Origin: Octopus vulgaris
Taxonomy: Eukaryota
Direction of reading: 5' to 3'
NCBI GenBank assembly: GCA_951406725.2
Contig: OX597829.1
Span: 42,656,001 to 42,720,000, forward strand
DNA length: 64,000 nt
This document shows, one piece after another, positions 14,474 through 28,614 of the stretch (the first letter of the stretch is position 1; every line of letters begins with the position of its first letter). The position numbers and the translations under genes were made by a program. The notes under the pieces are model-generated. The model was not told where the DNA came from and searched no databases. It saw only the letters and a list, made by a program, of their open reading frames with translations.

Positions 14474-14831
14474 GTATGTGTATGTATGTATGTATGTACG
14501 TGCGTGTGTGTGTGCATGTGCGTGTGTGTGTATTTATGCGAGTGATGTGGCAACTCGGTGTCTTTGAGCATTGTGACCTACTTAGTAAATTACCTTATAT
14601 TTCTCCTTCCTTAATTTATCTACCTGTAATTCCACGCCAAGCTGAAGCGCATACAGTAGCACACACCTTGAGGACACAAATTGACCATGCCTACACATAC
14701 AGTCACACATACCTCTACCTTAACTACAGGTGGACATCTTTCAACATCCTCTCCTTCTATACATCCACAACTGGGTTGTAAGTAAACTTTGAAAATATAA
14801 GATGATATAATATAATATAAATTAATATATT

Positions 14832-14878
14832 TAGGCGCAGGTGTGGCTGTGTAGTAAGAAGCTTGCCTCCCAACCACT
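14832..14878 (+). mobile_element. SINE-B head, truncated
   Basis: GGCGCAGGTGTGGCTGTGTAGTAAGAAGCTTGCCTCCCAACCAC abutting the Tc1 relic. Confidence 0.7.
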
Positions 14879-15130
14879 CTATTAACTGTAGAAAGCGGGA
14901 TCCCAAGGTCTTCTGCGATTTTACGCTGGCTATGCCCACCTTCAGAATGACCCAGTATACAACCTCTTTGAAATTCAGACAGTTCCAAGGCCTCTTTTGT
15001 ACATGGCATAATTGAACAGTCACATACATAGAACCTGAAACATAAAAATGCCAATCAATAAGAAATATAAACCTTTACAAGTTAGAATAAAACGATGTTT
15101 TTTGAGGAGTGTCAATTTACTTCTGCCGTG
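14875..15130 (-). mobile_element. Tc1-like transposon 5' fragment (N-terminal HTH)
   Basis: [38 protein letters not shown] is a Tc1-type HTH. Confidence 0.8.
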
Positions 15131-15161
15131 TGTGTGTGTTTGTGTATATATTAATATATAC

Positions 15162-15203
<42 letters not shown>

Positions 15204-15457
15204 GTGTATGTGTATACACGCGTAGATACACATATAGGTATGTATGCATATATATAGGGTGGGTTTTCCTCCTGTAGAGAGGCATTCTGCGATTTCTTCC
15301 TGAACACCAAATCAATCTACATAGATAATTTGTTTACAGTGATCAAATGTATGTGCTAACTTGATGCTCTACACCAGATGTTCCGAGTGCAGTTGGTTTC
15401 ATGACCAAAACGGATAGTCAGGCGAAAGCCTTATTGCATTACGTTACAAAGACCAAA

Positions 15458-15678
15458 GGCGGTAATCTGGCAGATTTGTTAGCACGCCGGGCTAAATGTT
15501 TAGCGTCATTCCGTCTGTCTTTACGTTCTGTGTTCAAATTCCACCGGGGTTGACTTTGACTTTCATCCTTTCGGGGTCGATGAAATAAGTACCAGTTAAG
15601 CGCTCGGGTCGGTGTAATCGACTAGCTCCAACCTTTCCTCAAATTTCCGGCCTTGTGTCTTTTAGTAGGAAGGATTAT
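15458..15678 (+). mobile_element. Older SINE-A variant
   Basis: Family-A head and body with alternative tail GGCCTTGTGTCT..AGGAAGGATTAT. Confidence 0.75.
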
Positions 15679-16028
15679 GTTACAAGGATCAAATGTCTGA
15701 CGTTTGAACAGATGGCGAAAGATTTGATAATAATTATGTCGAGAGGAAATTAGATAGAAAGTTAATGAGAGAATGAAATAGGGAGTGTGAAAAAAAAAAA
15801 AAACAAGAGAAATGGACAGAAAAAGTAGAGAGTAGAAGAGTGAAAATACACAACTAAAGTTAAAGAAAGAATGAAAGAATGGAAAGACTAAAATGGATTC
15901 CTGTAGAACGATAGAAAAGTAGAAAAGTAGAATATATAAAAAAGCGAAAAAAATTAGATGAAGGTTTATCTAGAAATAGAGAGGAATAAATAGTGAGAGA
16001 GAGAGAGAGAGAGAAGGGGAGGGAGAGA

Positions 16029-16066
<38 letters not shown>

Positions 16067-16081
16067 GAAGGCATAAGAAAA

Positions 16082-16237
16082 GGCGTGGCTGTGTGGTATG
16101 AAGCTTGATTCCCAGTCACATAGTTTCGGGTTCTGTCCCAATGCAGGACACCTTGGGCAAGTGATTTCTACTCTAACCTCTTACTGACCAAAGCATTTTG
16201 AGTGGATTTGATAAACGGAAACTAACAGAAGACCGTC

Positions 16238-16334
<97 letters not shown>

Positions 16335-16520
16335 GTGTATGTGTGTGTGTTTGTATTATGCTTGCGTCTGTGTTTGTCCCCACCCTCATCCCCACCGCTT
16401 GACAACCAGTGTGCTTACGCCTCCGTGAAATTGGTGGTTCGACAAAAGAGATCGTTAAAATAAGTACCAGGCTTAAAAAACATATATACGTACAGGAGTT
16501 GATTTATTATTCAACTGTAA
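16082..16520 (+). mobile_element. SINE family B
   Basis: Head, CCTTGGGCAAGT core, internal (TA)n, body. Confidence 0.8.
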
Positions 16521-17589
16521 ATTGAAATATGCTTGAGGCATGTTTGCACCTATAAGAAAGCCATTCAAAATATTTGGTCATGGAAAAAATTTCCCGCTCT
16601 AGGCTGATAGGTGTAAACATACAGAGTCAGTTTACAATGCTCCCTAAGCAGACAGGTGGTTGCATGCATTTCAGATTGGTTATCTCCTCTTCGACACACA
16701 ACCCGTAAAAACAGACGTTGCATCAGGGAATTCGATAGGGGCCAGCACAGGGCAGATATGGTGTTCTTACATCTTTTGTCATAAGAGAGAAGATTTTCTC
16801 CACGGTAACTGCTAAGAATATGCCTTCAGAAGTTGAAATATGTTCACAGTATTCGGTTGCCTAATGTCAACAACAGTTTACAGGTATATGCCACTGAATT
16901 GACTTCAGGAATTCTTTCGCATCCGTAGAATCTATAGAATATGAGAGAAAGAAAATGGAATTCACGGGATTCTTCATTATTCAATACGATTGTTTCGATC
17001 CACCGTGTACCGGTGGTAGCAGGACTTCACTTCAGCGGTAGAAATTGTAAGAAAATGGAAAAAGAAGGCTCTGCACACGATGTGTCAAAACGATCGTAGT
17101 GAATAGTATTCTATTCCATTTTCTTGCTCTCATATGTATATCATATATTTATGTGTGTGTGTATATATATATGTAATATTACATACATGTATATAGACAT
17201 ATATGCTTATATTCAGATACTTACGCACATTATGTATATATATATATATATGTATATGTGTGTATATCTCTATATATATACACACACTTATATATAGATG
17301 TGTGTGTATACATACATAAATATTCATACAAACCATTAATACACATGTATCTATTTATGGATCTATGAAATGATGTTTACGAACACACACACACACACAC
17401 ACATACACACATACACACACACACACATACACACATACATATATATACACATTTATACATACTAAACCCCCACATCCCCACACCACCACACGCCCACACG
17501 CATATATATATCCATATACATATAAACATACGTATGTTTGTACGTATGTTTATATGTATGTATGTATGTATGTATAGATAGATAGATAG

Positions 17590-17620
<31 letters not shown>

Positions 17621-17628
17621 TGTATGTA

Positions 17629-17668
<40 letters not shown>

Positions 17669-18062
17669 GCTATATTTCAATGAATGCAAGCATATACTTA
17701 CATATATCGGTTTACGATAGTGTACCTAATTTCTTGTTTCATTAAAACCTATTATGATATACACCGTACCAGCATATTAAGCTACAATGTTGTAGCCATT
17801 AATCCCAAATACGAAAAACAAAGAGAAACTGTAGTTATATAGTTAGCGCTTGTCTTTGCACTAACGGTTACAGAAGCAGGAGAGAACAATTGAGCCGAGA
17901 TACAAAAGACAAAATGCAATATTCTAAAGAATGGACTCGGCTTATCAAAACCCATTATAAGTACTTCTAATGATTCAATCCCCCCCCCACCGCAGCCTCC
18001 CACTAAATCTATTTACGTATATATGTATGTAAGCAATATATCTACATATATGTTTATGTCTG

Positions 18063-18545
<483 letters not shown>

Positions 18546-18896
18546 AAACAGTGCCTATGCGTGTGCATGTATGTATCTGTGTGTATGTGTATGTATCTGT
18601 GTGTATGTGTATGTATCTGTGTGTGTGTGTGCATTCGAAAGTTGCAACAGTGCAAGCGAACCCATTGTTACTAACAGTGTATAACAGCACCGATAGTCTG
18701 GTTGATACAGTCATACACACACGCGTAGTGCAAACATACATACATACATACATACACGTATACTTACATACACGTATACTTACATATATGCATAAACATA
18801 CATACACGCATAAACATACATAAACACATTCACGAATAACCATACATATATATATACATACATACATACATACATACATGCATACATACATACATG

Positions 18897-18938
<42 letters not shown>

Positions 18939-19022
18939 AATACATATATATATATGTCTGTGAGTTTGTGTGTAACTCTATTGGTAGATGTTTGTGTATC
19001 CAATATGCGTTTGTTCTTGATG

Positions 19023-19057
19023 AGTAGTAGCAGCAGCAGCAGCAGCAGTAGCAGTAG

Positions 19058-19153
<96 letters not shown>
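19023..19153. repeat. (CAG)n-(TAG)n compound microsatellite
   Basis: Direct reading. Confidence 0.96.
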
Positions 19154-19154
<1 letters not shown>

Positions 19155-19639
19155 TTCGGCAAGTGCTAGAAACCTCTTTGCCTCTCGTGCTAGAGATACG
19201 GTGGAGACGTCGGTAGGGAGACATTGAATAACCGACAAGGCGGAGGAGACCTAGGCCAATGGCTTGAAGTTTATTGCGGCCAAAAGGAAGATGTGGCCGG
19301 GCGTCAACTTGCAAATGAGCTGCTACTGTGGGACAATAGTCTTAACTTGTTCGTAGTACTCTTGTACACCACTTGTTACCGGTGTGGAGACCCAGAGAGG
19401 TAGTCAAACGATGCGGATAAGTCCTAAACCAATGGCTTGAAGGTTATTGCTGTCAAGCAGAACACCTGTGCCATCAGACAACGATTGGGCATCAACTTGC
19501 AAGTGAGCTGCAAGGTAACACCAAATCGTCTCATCTTGCTCGTTGCATTTTTGTACACTGTTTGGTACCTGGAGTAGAGATTCTGAGGGGTAGTGAATCG
19601 TGGGTGATTGACGCCGACTGTCATATTCATCTTTTAAGG

Positions 19640-20640
19640 CGTTTGTTCAAAGAAGTGAGTCCTGTGGCCATGGAGTGGAAGTAACGGTAGCCAGTGTAAA
19701 TAACTGAAAGTTGCTAGAAAAAGCACTTTCGACCAGCAGGTTAGGCAGCCAAGTGAGTTTCTGTGCATCTGTTTTCAGAGAGCATTGCCCGCCCAGGAAG
19801 AGAAAGCTTCCAGAAAAGGTGGGGTAAAGAAAATATGCTCAGAACAAAATCTGGCTGGTTCACTGCGGCCAGCAGGACTTCACTTCAGCGGTAGAAATTG
19901 TAAGAAAATGGAGATGATTGCAGCAACGTAGAACGTGCGCATTATGCTTAATGTAGACTTCATACCCAGAGAGAGGATAGCCCTGATTACAAAAGAATTG
20001 CACTGGTACAGTATAGGCTTTACAGAACTTCAGGAGACTAGGCTCGAAGGGCAGGGTTAGTTGAAAGAGAGTTACACCTTCTTCTGGATTGAGAAAACTG
20101 ACGGGAAATTTGTGTTAGGCATTTATTTTGCTGTCAAAACCAAAACCACCATACGTTACCCTTCCTTCCGTCGGCCATCTTAGAGAAGATGATGATCGTA
20201 CGGATGCCAACCCGGAATAACTAACAGTTGACCCTCATCGGCTCGAATGCTCCAACAATGGCCTAACCAGGGCAGGAGAAAAGGGCATTCTGCTATGACC
20301 TGACAAGGATTGTAGGTAACGTTCTCCACCACAACGAATTGCTGAATATGGTTAATTTAATAGCGACAGACTGTGAGACCTTTGCAGGCATCATCGCTAA
20401 CTTTGGCAAGAATAAAACGAATTCCAACTTGCTGAACTTCTGTGCACAGCAGGAGCACCAATACGTTCTTTCATCTGCCGAACAAGAATAATTTAACACG
20501 GAAACATCCTTGGTCTGGCCACTATCTTCTGCTGGACAATGTCATTACTCGGAAGACTGGGCTGCAGGAGAACCTGTGCATGAGGGCCATACGTGGAGCA
20601 GAATGCTCAACTGACTACTATTTAGTGGTTATTACAAAGT
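19640..20640 (+). mobile_element. Degenerate RTE LINE 5' part (AP endonuclease)
   Basis: Broken frames AT*NVRIML..ALITKEL..ELQETRLEGQG*LKESYTFFW; later KHPWSGHYLLLDNVI..RAIRGAECSTDYYLV. Confidence 0.8.
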
Positions 20641-20839
20641 AGTGGGATTCACTATTTGATGGTTACACTCGGGAGAGAGACCCCATTTAGCCAAAAGCTG
20701 AGAAGACTGCTCCCATCACGTCACTCAGCTCATGTAATTAATGGTATCGTGAAATCAAGCCCAGAATACAGAGAGAAGTCAGATTGTTGAAGAATGACTC
20801 AATCCGCAGGCAGGCAGAAGAAAATATGAAATTACAATA

Positions 20840-21017
20840 ACTTCAATGTCATGATTAGCAAATGCGAAACCGGTCGACAAGCACAATATAAAATATATTG
20901 AAAAATATATTAAGACTATGTAAAGTCTGTGCATTTTCCTTCTTTTATTTTATATTTATATTTTTTGCATTATAACGCACAACGTGGGGATAATCAAAAT
21001 TCCTCCCTTTTTGTTAC
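20840..21017 (+). mobile_element. Penelope-like pLTR fragment with degenerate hammerhead
   Basis: Homologous to reverse complement of 27643-27810 (GCGAAACCGGTCGACA..GTGCATTTTCCTTC..CGTGGGG..TTCCTCCC); ends in a microsatellite. Confidence 0.7.
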
Positions 21018-21037
21018 ACACACACATATATATATGT

Positions 21038-22194
21038 AGGGCGTCGTCTAACTTACGCAAATATGAAAATAACACTAACATCTAACTTTAACAGATAGAT
21101 TTACCAAAATTACATAAAAATATCTTGAAATACTAAAGAGTAAATTTATTCAATTAAATCGCCATTGGCTATAACCACGTCCTCCAGACAACTTCAGAAT
21201 CTCCTGCAACTCTTCTGGACAGTCTCCTTGTTTAAGGTGGTGAATGCTGTCATAATCCTTGCCTTCAGTTCATATTTGGTGTGATAAGGAGTTTCGTTGG
21301 TCTCACGCTCAACTGCGCCCCACATGTAATAGTCAAGGGGATTGCAGTCTGGGGGGTTAGGTGGCGAGATGTTAGGAGTGATGTGGTTGCAAAAATTGTC
21401 TGACAGCTATGACTGGGTCCTCTTGCTTGTGTGACATGATGCAGAGTCCTGTTGCCAGACATAGGGTCTTTCAGCAGCCAGCCTCTTGACCCAGGGCAGG
21501 ACTCAAAACTACCTATTTACCTACATACCTACCTGCCTGCCTGCCTACCTACCTACCTACCTACCTACCTACATACCTACCTACCTACCTACCTACCTGC
21601 CTGCCTACCTACCTACCTACCTACTTAGCTACCTACCTACCTACCTACCAACCCACCTACCTACCTACCTACCATACCTACCTACCTACCTACCTACCTA
21701 CCTACCTACCTACCTGCCTACATGCCTGCCTACTTCGCACTTGATATAGACCTCTGTGTTGAGTCGGAGTCCATGTCGGGAGATGAATAGAGGTATTACG
21801 TCGCCATCACTAGTGATCACTCCATGATGTTGACTGGATGTTTGATTTTTATCAAACATCTCTACGCCAGGTACCAAGTGGTGTGCAAAAATTCTTGCTA
21901 ATTCGTTTTGGTGGAGAACCTTACCTACAATCCTTGTCAGGTCATAGTAGAATGCCCTTTCTCCTCCCTTGGTTAGCATATCCTCAGATTGACAGCCAAA
22001 CACTCTGAAATGTTCATATTGGAGCTTCCAGCGCAAATGCCAAGAAGTATGTCGCTTCGAAATTTCTGAGAGAGTGAATTGCACCCTGGTGCTGTTTTTC
22101 TCACAGACGGTGTCCGACTGCCCCTACTATAGTTTGTAGACGATAAAATCAAAAACAAACAATTCGCATGCACTAAATTAATAATATAAAATAA

Positions 22195-22197
<3 letters not shown>
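21038..22197 (-). mobile_element. Internally deleted maT (DD37D) element with (CCTA)n insert
   Basis: Homologous to 45446-46329; [25 protein letters not shown] relic. Confidence 0.82.
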
Positions 22198-22264
<67 letters not shown>

Positions 22265-22635
22265 GTGTTTTACATAGAGAAAGTGAGAGTGAGAGAAAGA
22301 GACAACTAGATAGACAGACAGAGAAAGCGGCAGGAATGAAAAGAGGGATAAGGAAAGGAAGAGAGACGCAGCAAGAGGCTTTACACACTCTCATTGGCCT
22401 ATGTATTTCATGCTGGCTAAATCATTGTTCCTCATCTATTAACTTCCTATTCCACAGATTGCTTTCTCTTCCCCATCATTTCTAACATTTTGTCACGTTT
22501 TAAAAGGTTATATTTTTCTTCCTTTTCTTTGATTTCCTCTTATCTCCCTCCTTTCAACATTTTCATGCAAATTGAAGTGGGAGTTGTGAGAATAAATTCA
22601 AACTGTAATCATTTTTCGTCGTAACCACCAGCATA

Positions 22636-22980
22636 GGCGCAGGCTTGGCTGTGTGGTAAATAGTTTGCTTCCTAATCACATGGTTCTGGGTTCACATGGT
22701 GTCTTGGGCAAGTGTCTTCTACTGAAGCCAAAGGCCGATCAAACCCTTGTAAGCGGATGGAAACTGAAAGAAGTGTGTGGTACACACACACACATACATA
22801 TGTATAGGTGTGTGTTACTGTGTCTGTGTTTGACTCCTCATTCAAAGCTTGACAATTGGTGATGGTTTGTTTACGTCACCGTAACCTAGCGGATGGAATG
22901 AATTCCAAGCTTAAAAAGTACTTAAATGACGAGCCTCAATGGTCACAGTCTAATGAGTGAATTAAGTAAAAGATAAAAGA
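22636..22980 (+). mobile_element. SINE family B
   Basis: Head, TCTTGGGCAAGT core, degenerate tail. Confidence 0.78.
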
Positions 22981-23009
22981 AGCCACTGTATGCATACATA
23001 CTCGTATAC

Positions 23010-23915
23010 CTACATGCCTAACTACTTACCTGCCTACCTACCCACCCACCTGCCTCTCTGCCTACCTACCTATCTACCTACCTACCTACCTACCTACCTA
23101 CCTACCTACCTACCTACCTACCTACCTACCTACCTACCTACCTACCAGCCACCCTGCCTGTCTACCTACATACCTATTTACCTTCCTGCCTACCTACCTA
23201 CATACCTACTTACCTACCTAACCGCCTGCCCAACTGCCTGCATGCATACCTACCTACGTACCAACCTACTTACCTACCTGCCTACCTGCCTATCTACCTA
23301 CTTACCTAGCTAGCTAGCTACCTACCTACATGTCTACTTACCTCCCTACTTACCTACCTACCTACCTACCTACCTACCTACCTACCTACCTACCTACCTA
23401 CCTACCTACCTACCTACCTACCTACCGACTTACCTACTTACATACCTACCTACTAACCTACTTACCTACCTACGTGCCTACCTGCCTACCTACCTACCTA
23501 CCTACCTACCTACCTACCTACCTACCTATTTACTTACCTACCTACCTATATATTTACCTACCTACTTACCTACCAACCTAGCTTCATACTACCTACCTAC
23601 TTACCTGCCTACCTGTCTGCCTGCCTACCTACCTACCTACCTACCTACCTACCTACCTACCTACCTACCTACCTACCTACCTACCTACCTACCTACCTAC
23701 CTACTTACCTGCCTACCTACCTGCCTGTCTACCTATCTAGCTACATAACAACTTACCTATATACCTACCTACCTACTTACGTGCCTACCTACTTGCCTGC
23801 CTAGTTACCTACATACATACTTACATACTTACCATCCTACCTGCCAGCCTACCTACCTTCTTACCAACCAACCTACCTGCCTGCCTACCTACATACCTAC
23901 CTAACTACCTATCTA
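23010..23915. repeat. Degenerate (CCTA)n microsatellite
   Basis: Direct reading. Confidence 0.95.
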
Positions 23916-24279
23916 CACATATACAAAGCTATGTTCCCACCTCGTTCAGATTTAAATATCCCCCACCTCTTTACTTCCCATTTTAATAAACCGTAACCGT
24001 TTGCTTATCACAAGTTCTTTCGCCACGCATGTTAACCCTAGCTCGTAAGTTGTTTTCGCCTCATATATTCGAAGCCACAGCGAGACCTATCATTAACTCC
24101 ACAAGAAAGCTTTTTGGTTAGCCTTCCATGCAGAAATCGTCATTCTTCATCGCTTTTTCTCTCTCTCACTCTCTCTCTCTCTCAATCTCTCTCTCTCTCT
24201 GTCCGTCTGTATGTCTGTCTGTCTCTCTCCCTATATATATATATATATATGTGCGTGTGTGTGTATATATATATATATG

Positions 24280-24332
<53 letters not shown>

Positions 24333-24368
24333 TATATATACATATATATAAATATATACATATATATA

Positions 24369-24429
<61 letters not shown>

Positions 24430-24749
24430 GAATGTATGTTTACCTTTTAAATATGTTTGTTGCATGTTGTCGTGGCCGTTGTTGTGATTGTTGTTGTTGT
24501 TGTTGTTGTTAATTGCGGTGCTGTTGTTGATTTATTAAAACAATTCTCACATCAAAGTATTTCTTCCGCCCGGAATCACGCATTCGATGAACGAGAACGA
24601 GAAATAAAAAAAAATAAGAAAAACAGAAAAAGGAATTGAAAGAAAAACAGAAAAAGGAATTGAAAGAAAAACCTGAATTTTTGCTACAATACTCACCTGG
24701 TGGTAACCATCCGTTTATACCACGCTGATCTGACAGGTTGTTCACACAT

Positions 24750-25033
24750 ACATGTATGTATGCATGCATGCATGTATGTATGTATGTATGTATGTATGTA
24801 TGTATGTATGTATGTATGTATGTATGTATGCACGTATGTATGTATGTATGTATGTATGTATGTATGTATGTATGTATGTGTGTATGTATGTATGTATGTA
24901 TGTATGTATGTATGTATGTATGTATGTATGTATGTATGTACGCATGTATGTATGTATGTATGTATGTGTGTGTGTGTATGTATGTGTGTATGTATGTATG
25001 TATGTAGAGATAGATAGATAGATCGATAGACAC

Positions 25034-25113
<80 letters not shown>
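24750..25113. repeat. (TATG)n-(GATA)n microsatellite
   Basis: Direct reading. Confidence 0.95.
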
Positions 25114-25114
<1 letters not shown>

Positions 25115-25738
25115 CATAAAGACATAGGTATGCACACACTCACAGATACACACATATACACGCATACATACATGAGTTTATATTCAGCAAAACAGCTTGT
25201 AAGATGCTGTTTAAAGCCCATCTACAGTACACCTGATGTGAACAGCCGTATGGAACTAAATGCCAGTGAACTTATTTCAGGAATTATTATGCGTCCGTTA
25301 GAGTTTATATTAAAAGATTAGAGACAGAAAGATGTCGCCCATCTTTTTACGTATGTACATTTATATGTTTGTTAGTGTGAGGCGAGCACGTAACGATAAA
25401 AATACCGGGTTCGATCCCATTGCGTCGTGTCTTGGACAAACATATTTTACCGTAGTCTATCGATTGAACACTAAATGTAGTTGAAAAGACCGACCTTGTT
25501 ACACAGTGTGTCATGCTGGTTCTACTTCAGAATTACGCTAATGGTATTCGTGTCTGTGGAATACTCTGCCGTTTTCGCAATTAACATGTTGTTGGTAAGA
25601 GAGAGATACTGCCCCGCACAAAACTCTGACAAAAGGTTCCCGTTGTTATCACAGCTTCCAAAACCACGTTTGATTTGTAGAACTTCTGATCAGTTGTCTA
25701 CTCTGGTCATCAATGTTGATGATATTGTCATTAGTTAT

Positions 25739-25962
25739 GAACTGGCAGAAACGTTAGCACACCGGATGAAATGCGTAGCCGTATTTCGTCTGCCGTTACG
25801 TTCTGAGTTCAAATTCCGCCGAGGTCGACTTTGCCTTTCATCTTTTCGGGGTCATTTAAATAAGTACCAGTTACGCACTGGAGTCGATATAATCGACTTA
25901 ATCTGTTTGCCTGTCCTTGTTTGTCCCCTCTGTGTGTGGCCCCTTGTGGGCAGTAAAGAAAT
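25739..25962 (+). mobile_element. SINE family A
   Basis: Family-A sequence flanked by AGTTATGA repeat. Confidence 0.85.
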
Positions 25963-26924
25963 AAGTTATGAAACGAGGTTGCAAAAATCCGTATAAAACT
26001 TGATGTTTTCTGCAGCATCTAGTGCTTGTGAAGTATGTCGGTGTATATGCTGAAGTATGTTTATGCTGCCTGAACTAATTAGCTGATATATACCGTATAT
26101 ACAGACGACGTGGTCTCGATGTTGTCAAAGTGCCTCCGTTGAGAGTTTTTCAAGTCAGAGGAAAGTTCCTGATCATTCAAACATCTCCAGAAAAGTATTT
26201 TCAGGCAAGCCAGAACAGCAAAATGTGAAATCGATAGAATGTTCTTGAAGGCTATCTTCTTGGAAGCGAGCGTCACTAAGAATATCGGTGTCAATATCCA
26301 GGTTAGAAACTTCATGTGCAGTTTGGGTGTCGCATCAAATGGGTGAAATCCGACTGCTGTAACGATCATGTTCAAGGAAGTCAGCTTTAGTTCTTGCACA
26401 CATTGTAATATAGGCATATACTTTTGCTTTGTTTAATAGTTCATTTGCAGCTATTCAATCTCATTTCAGGATGCCGGTTGGCTACGGATAGCCAAGCAAG
26501 GGAGAGCAAAGAAGCTTCTTTCTGGAACTATATCGTTGTAGTGCAACCAGTATTACCCCGAAGTGGTCACGTCGTCTCTAAATTTGTTTTCTTAAAAATT
26601 TTCACGATTAATGCTTCTTTAAAGTAAAAGGGAACTTGTTCTTCCACGCAGAGAAGGCTGTGCAATAGGGCAAGCAGTAATTATCAACGTTTTTTGAAAA
26701 TCTCAATAGCAATGTCGCGCAACCTTGGGGGACATAATCTTTCTTATATTTCTGATGGCCGTTGGAGTCTCGACAAGAACTGGTCGAAAACCAGTTTCAT
26801 ACTTTTCGGTTTTGCTTGAATGTTCAGCGTTCGTCGTCACTGAATGGACCAAATTAAATCAGAACAGTGTGGCTAATAATCTGCCATTCTAAGTAACCCG
26901 TGTACTTTTAAACATAGAAGTATC

Positions 26925-27136
26925 TTTGAGCTGCTTCTATGTGACCCGAAATTTTGTGGGAGGGAGCCAGTCGATTAGATCGACCCCAATACGCAAATGG
27001 TACTTAATTTATCGGTCCCAAAGGGATGAAAGGCAAAGTCAACCTCGGCGAAATTTGAACTCAGAACATAAAAGACAGACGAAATGCCGTTAAACATTTC
27101 GCCCGGCGTGCTAACGTTTCTGCCAGCTCGCCGCCT
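26925..27136 (-). mobile_element. SINE family A
   Basis: Family-A head and body, different tail. Confidence 0.8.
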
Positions 27137-27231
27137 TCTGAGACAAAATATTACAGCTAGTGAATTACCACATTTGTATCCATATTTTGTATGTTATATA
27201 AATCATTTTATTAATCTAATACCGTTTCATG

Positions 27232-27277
<46 letters not shown>

Positions 27278-27479
27278 TATTACATAGCATAATATATGTG
27301 TGTGTGTGTGTGCGTGTGATGGACTCTTCCGTCGAAGACGTCGTATGAGCATTCAGCTTTCTGCTGAACGACCTGCACAAATAATTTGTTTAAAGCGATC
27401 AAATGCTTGTGTAGCACACTAGCTCATTTTCTCCATCAAATCGACGTTGTCTGAACAAAGGCACTGTGTGTCATGCATC

Positions 27480-27620
27480 AGGTGTCAAAGTGATCGCGGA
27501 GCAACAGTTGAAGTGTTTTGCTCAAGAACACAACGCACCACACGGTCTGGGAATTGAAATCACGATCGCTAGATCGTAAGTGCAATACCCTAACACCCTA
27601 ACCACTAAGTCATGCGCCCT
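27480..27620 (-). mobile_element. SINE-C head and core, degenerate
   Basis: GGGCGCATGACTTAGTGGTTAGGG..TTCAATTCC..CTTGAGCAAAACACTTC. Confidence 0.65.
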
Positions 27621-27642
27621 TACTATATCTATATATACATAT

Positions 27643-28410
27643 AGTAACAGAGAGGGAGGAATTTCGATTAGCCCCACGTGGTGAGTTGTAATATATATAA
27701 GAAATTAAAGAAGGAAAATGCACACATTTTACATATATTAATATATTTTTTTAATATATTCTATTTATGTTTGTCGACCGGTTTCGCTTTCGCTCATCAT
27801 GACATTAAAATTATATTAATTACGTATTTTTTGGTCCTTGTTATGTGTGGTGTTTATGAATGTATGATTCATCAAGTATAAAAATCTAAGGAGAGGTAAT
27901 TTGTGATCATTATTATTGTGGACACAGGGGAGATAATTGTTAATCTTCCGATGGGTTGGAGGGGAAGAAATGTACACAAAAAATTCAAAAGCTAGAGTAG
28001 TGGGGAGAAATATGTACAGTGATGGTTATGAAATCGTGAATTAAAATATGTATAGAAATCAAAGTTCGTTATGCATATTTAGACGTGTTCTGTATTTGTT
28101 AGAAGTCTCTTAGGCGATTTGTGTTGCTTTTTGCATTTGATAAATTTTTTTGTTTTCAGGATGTTGATGATTTTGGGTCTCTAGTTAGCAAAGAAAGATT
28201 TTACACAATAGTGTTGTACGCCTCATTGTTTTTAGGGCTGTGGGTTGATATATATGTGGGTTGATATATATGTGTCGTATTATGTTTTGTTGTGCTTAGT
28301 GTTTTTATGTCTAATATCTTGGCACGCTTAATTCCATCGTCTATGAGTGATGGTGGATATTGTCTTTCATTTAATGTTGTTCTGAGATATTGAAGACGAA
28401 ATATCAAAGT
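27643..28410 (-). mobile_element. Penelope-like element 3' fragment (post-RT linker + pLTR)
   Basis: RLQYLRTTLNERQYPPSLIDDGIKRA..YISTHSPKN resembles the PLE RT C-terminal region; hammerhead motif downstream; upstream end abuts a Helitron. Confidence 0.78.
27772..27804 (-). ncRNA. Minimal hammerhead motif, C3->A variant
   Basis: TGTC-ATGATGA-GC GAAA GC-GAAAC-CG-GTC-GACA. Confidence 0.62.
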
Positions 28411-28411
28411 A

Positions 28412-28614
28412 TCTATCTGTATAAAAACAATTTAAAGGGATTTGGTATCTGTTTTGTTAAGCATTTCAACCAAAACTTTTAACAATTTTCATGTCGGAGA
28501 AATCACCATTGTTTACAAACAGGAGTTAAGTCCCCTTTCTAGCGACGAGTTAGTTTTGTTGATTAGCTTAATAATCCTAACTTAATCCTGGGCAAAGCCG
28601 GGCTATACTGCTAG
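28412..28614 (+). mobile_element. Non-autonomous Helitron
   Basis: A|TCTATC 5' end, 3' hairpin CCTGGGCAAAGCCGGG then CTAG|T, no TSD. Confidence 0.65.

Noticed and set aside
16520-17010. Possible Gypsy integrase relic and TGTTTGCACCTAT/ATAGGTGTAAACA inverted repeat
   Set aside because: Too degenerate to support by eye.
26030-26900. Coding-like region with a 112-aa ORF, possible hAT transposase relic
   Set aside because: Only vague motif similarity, in inconsistent order; needs a profile search.
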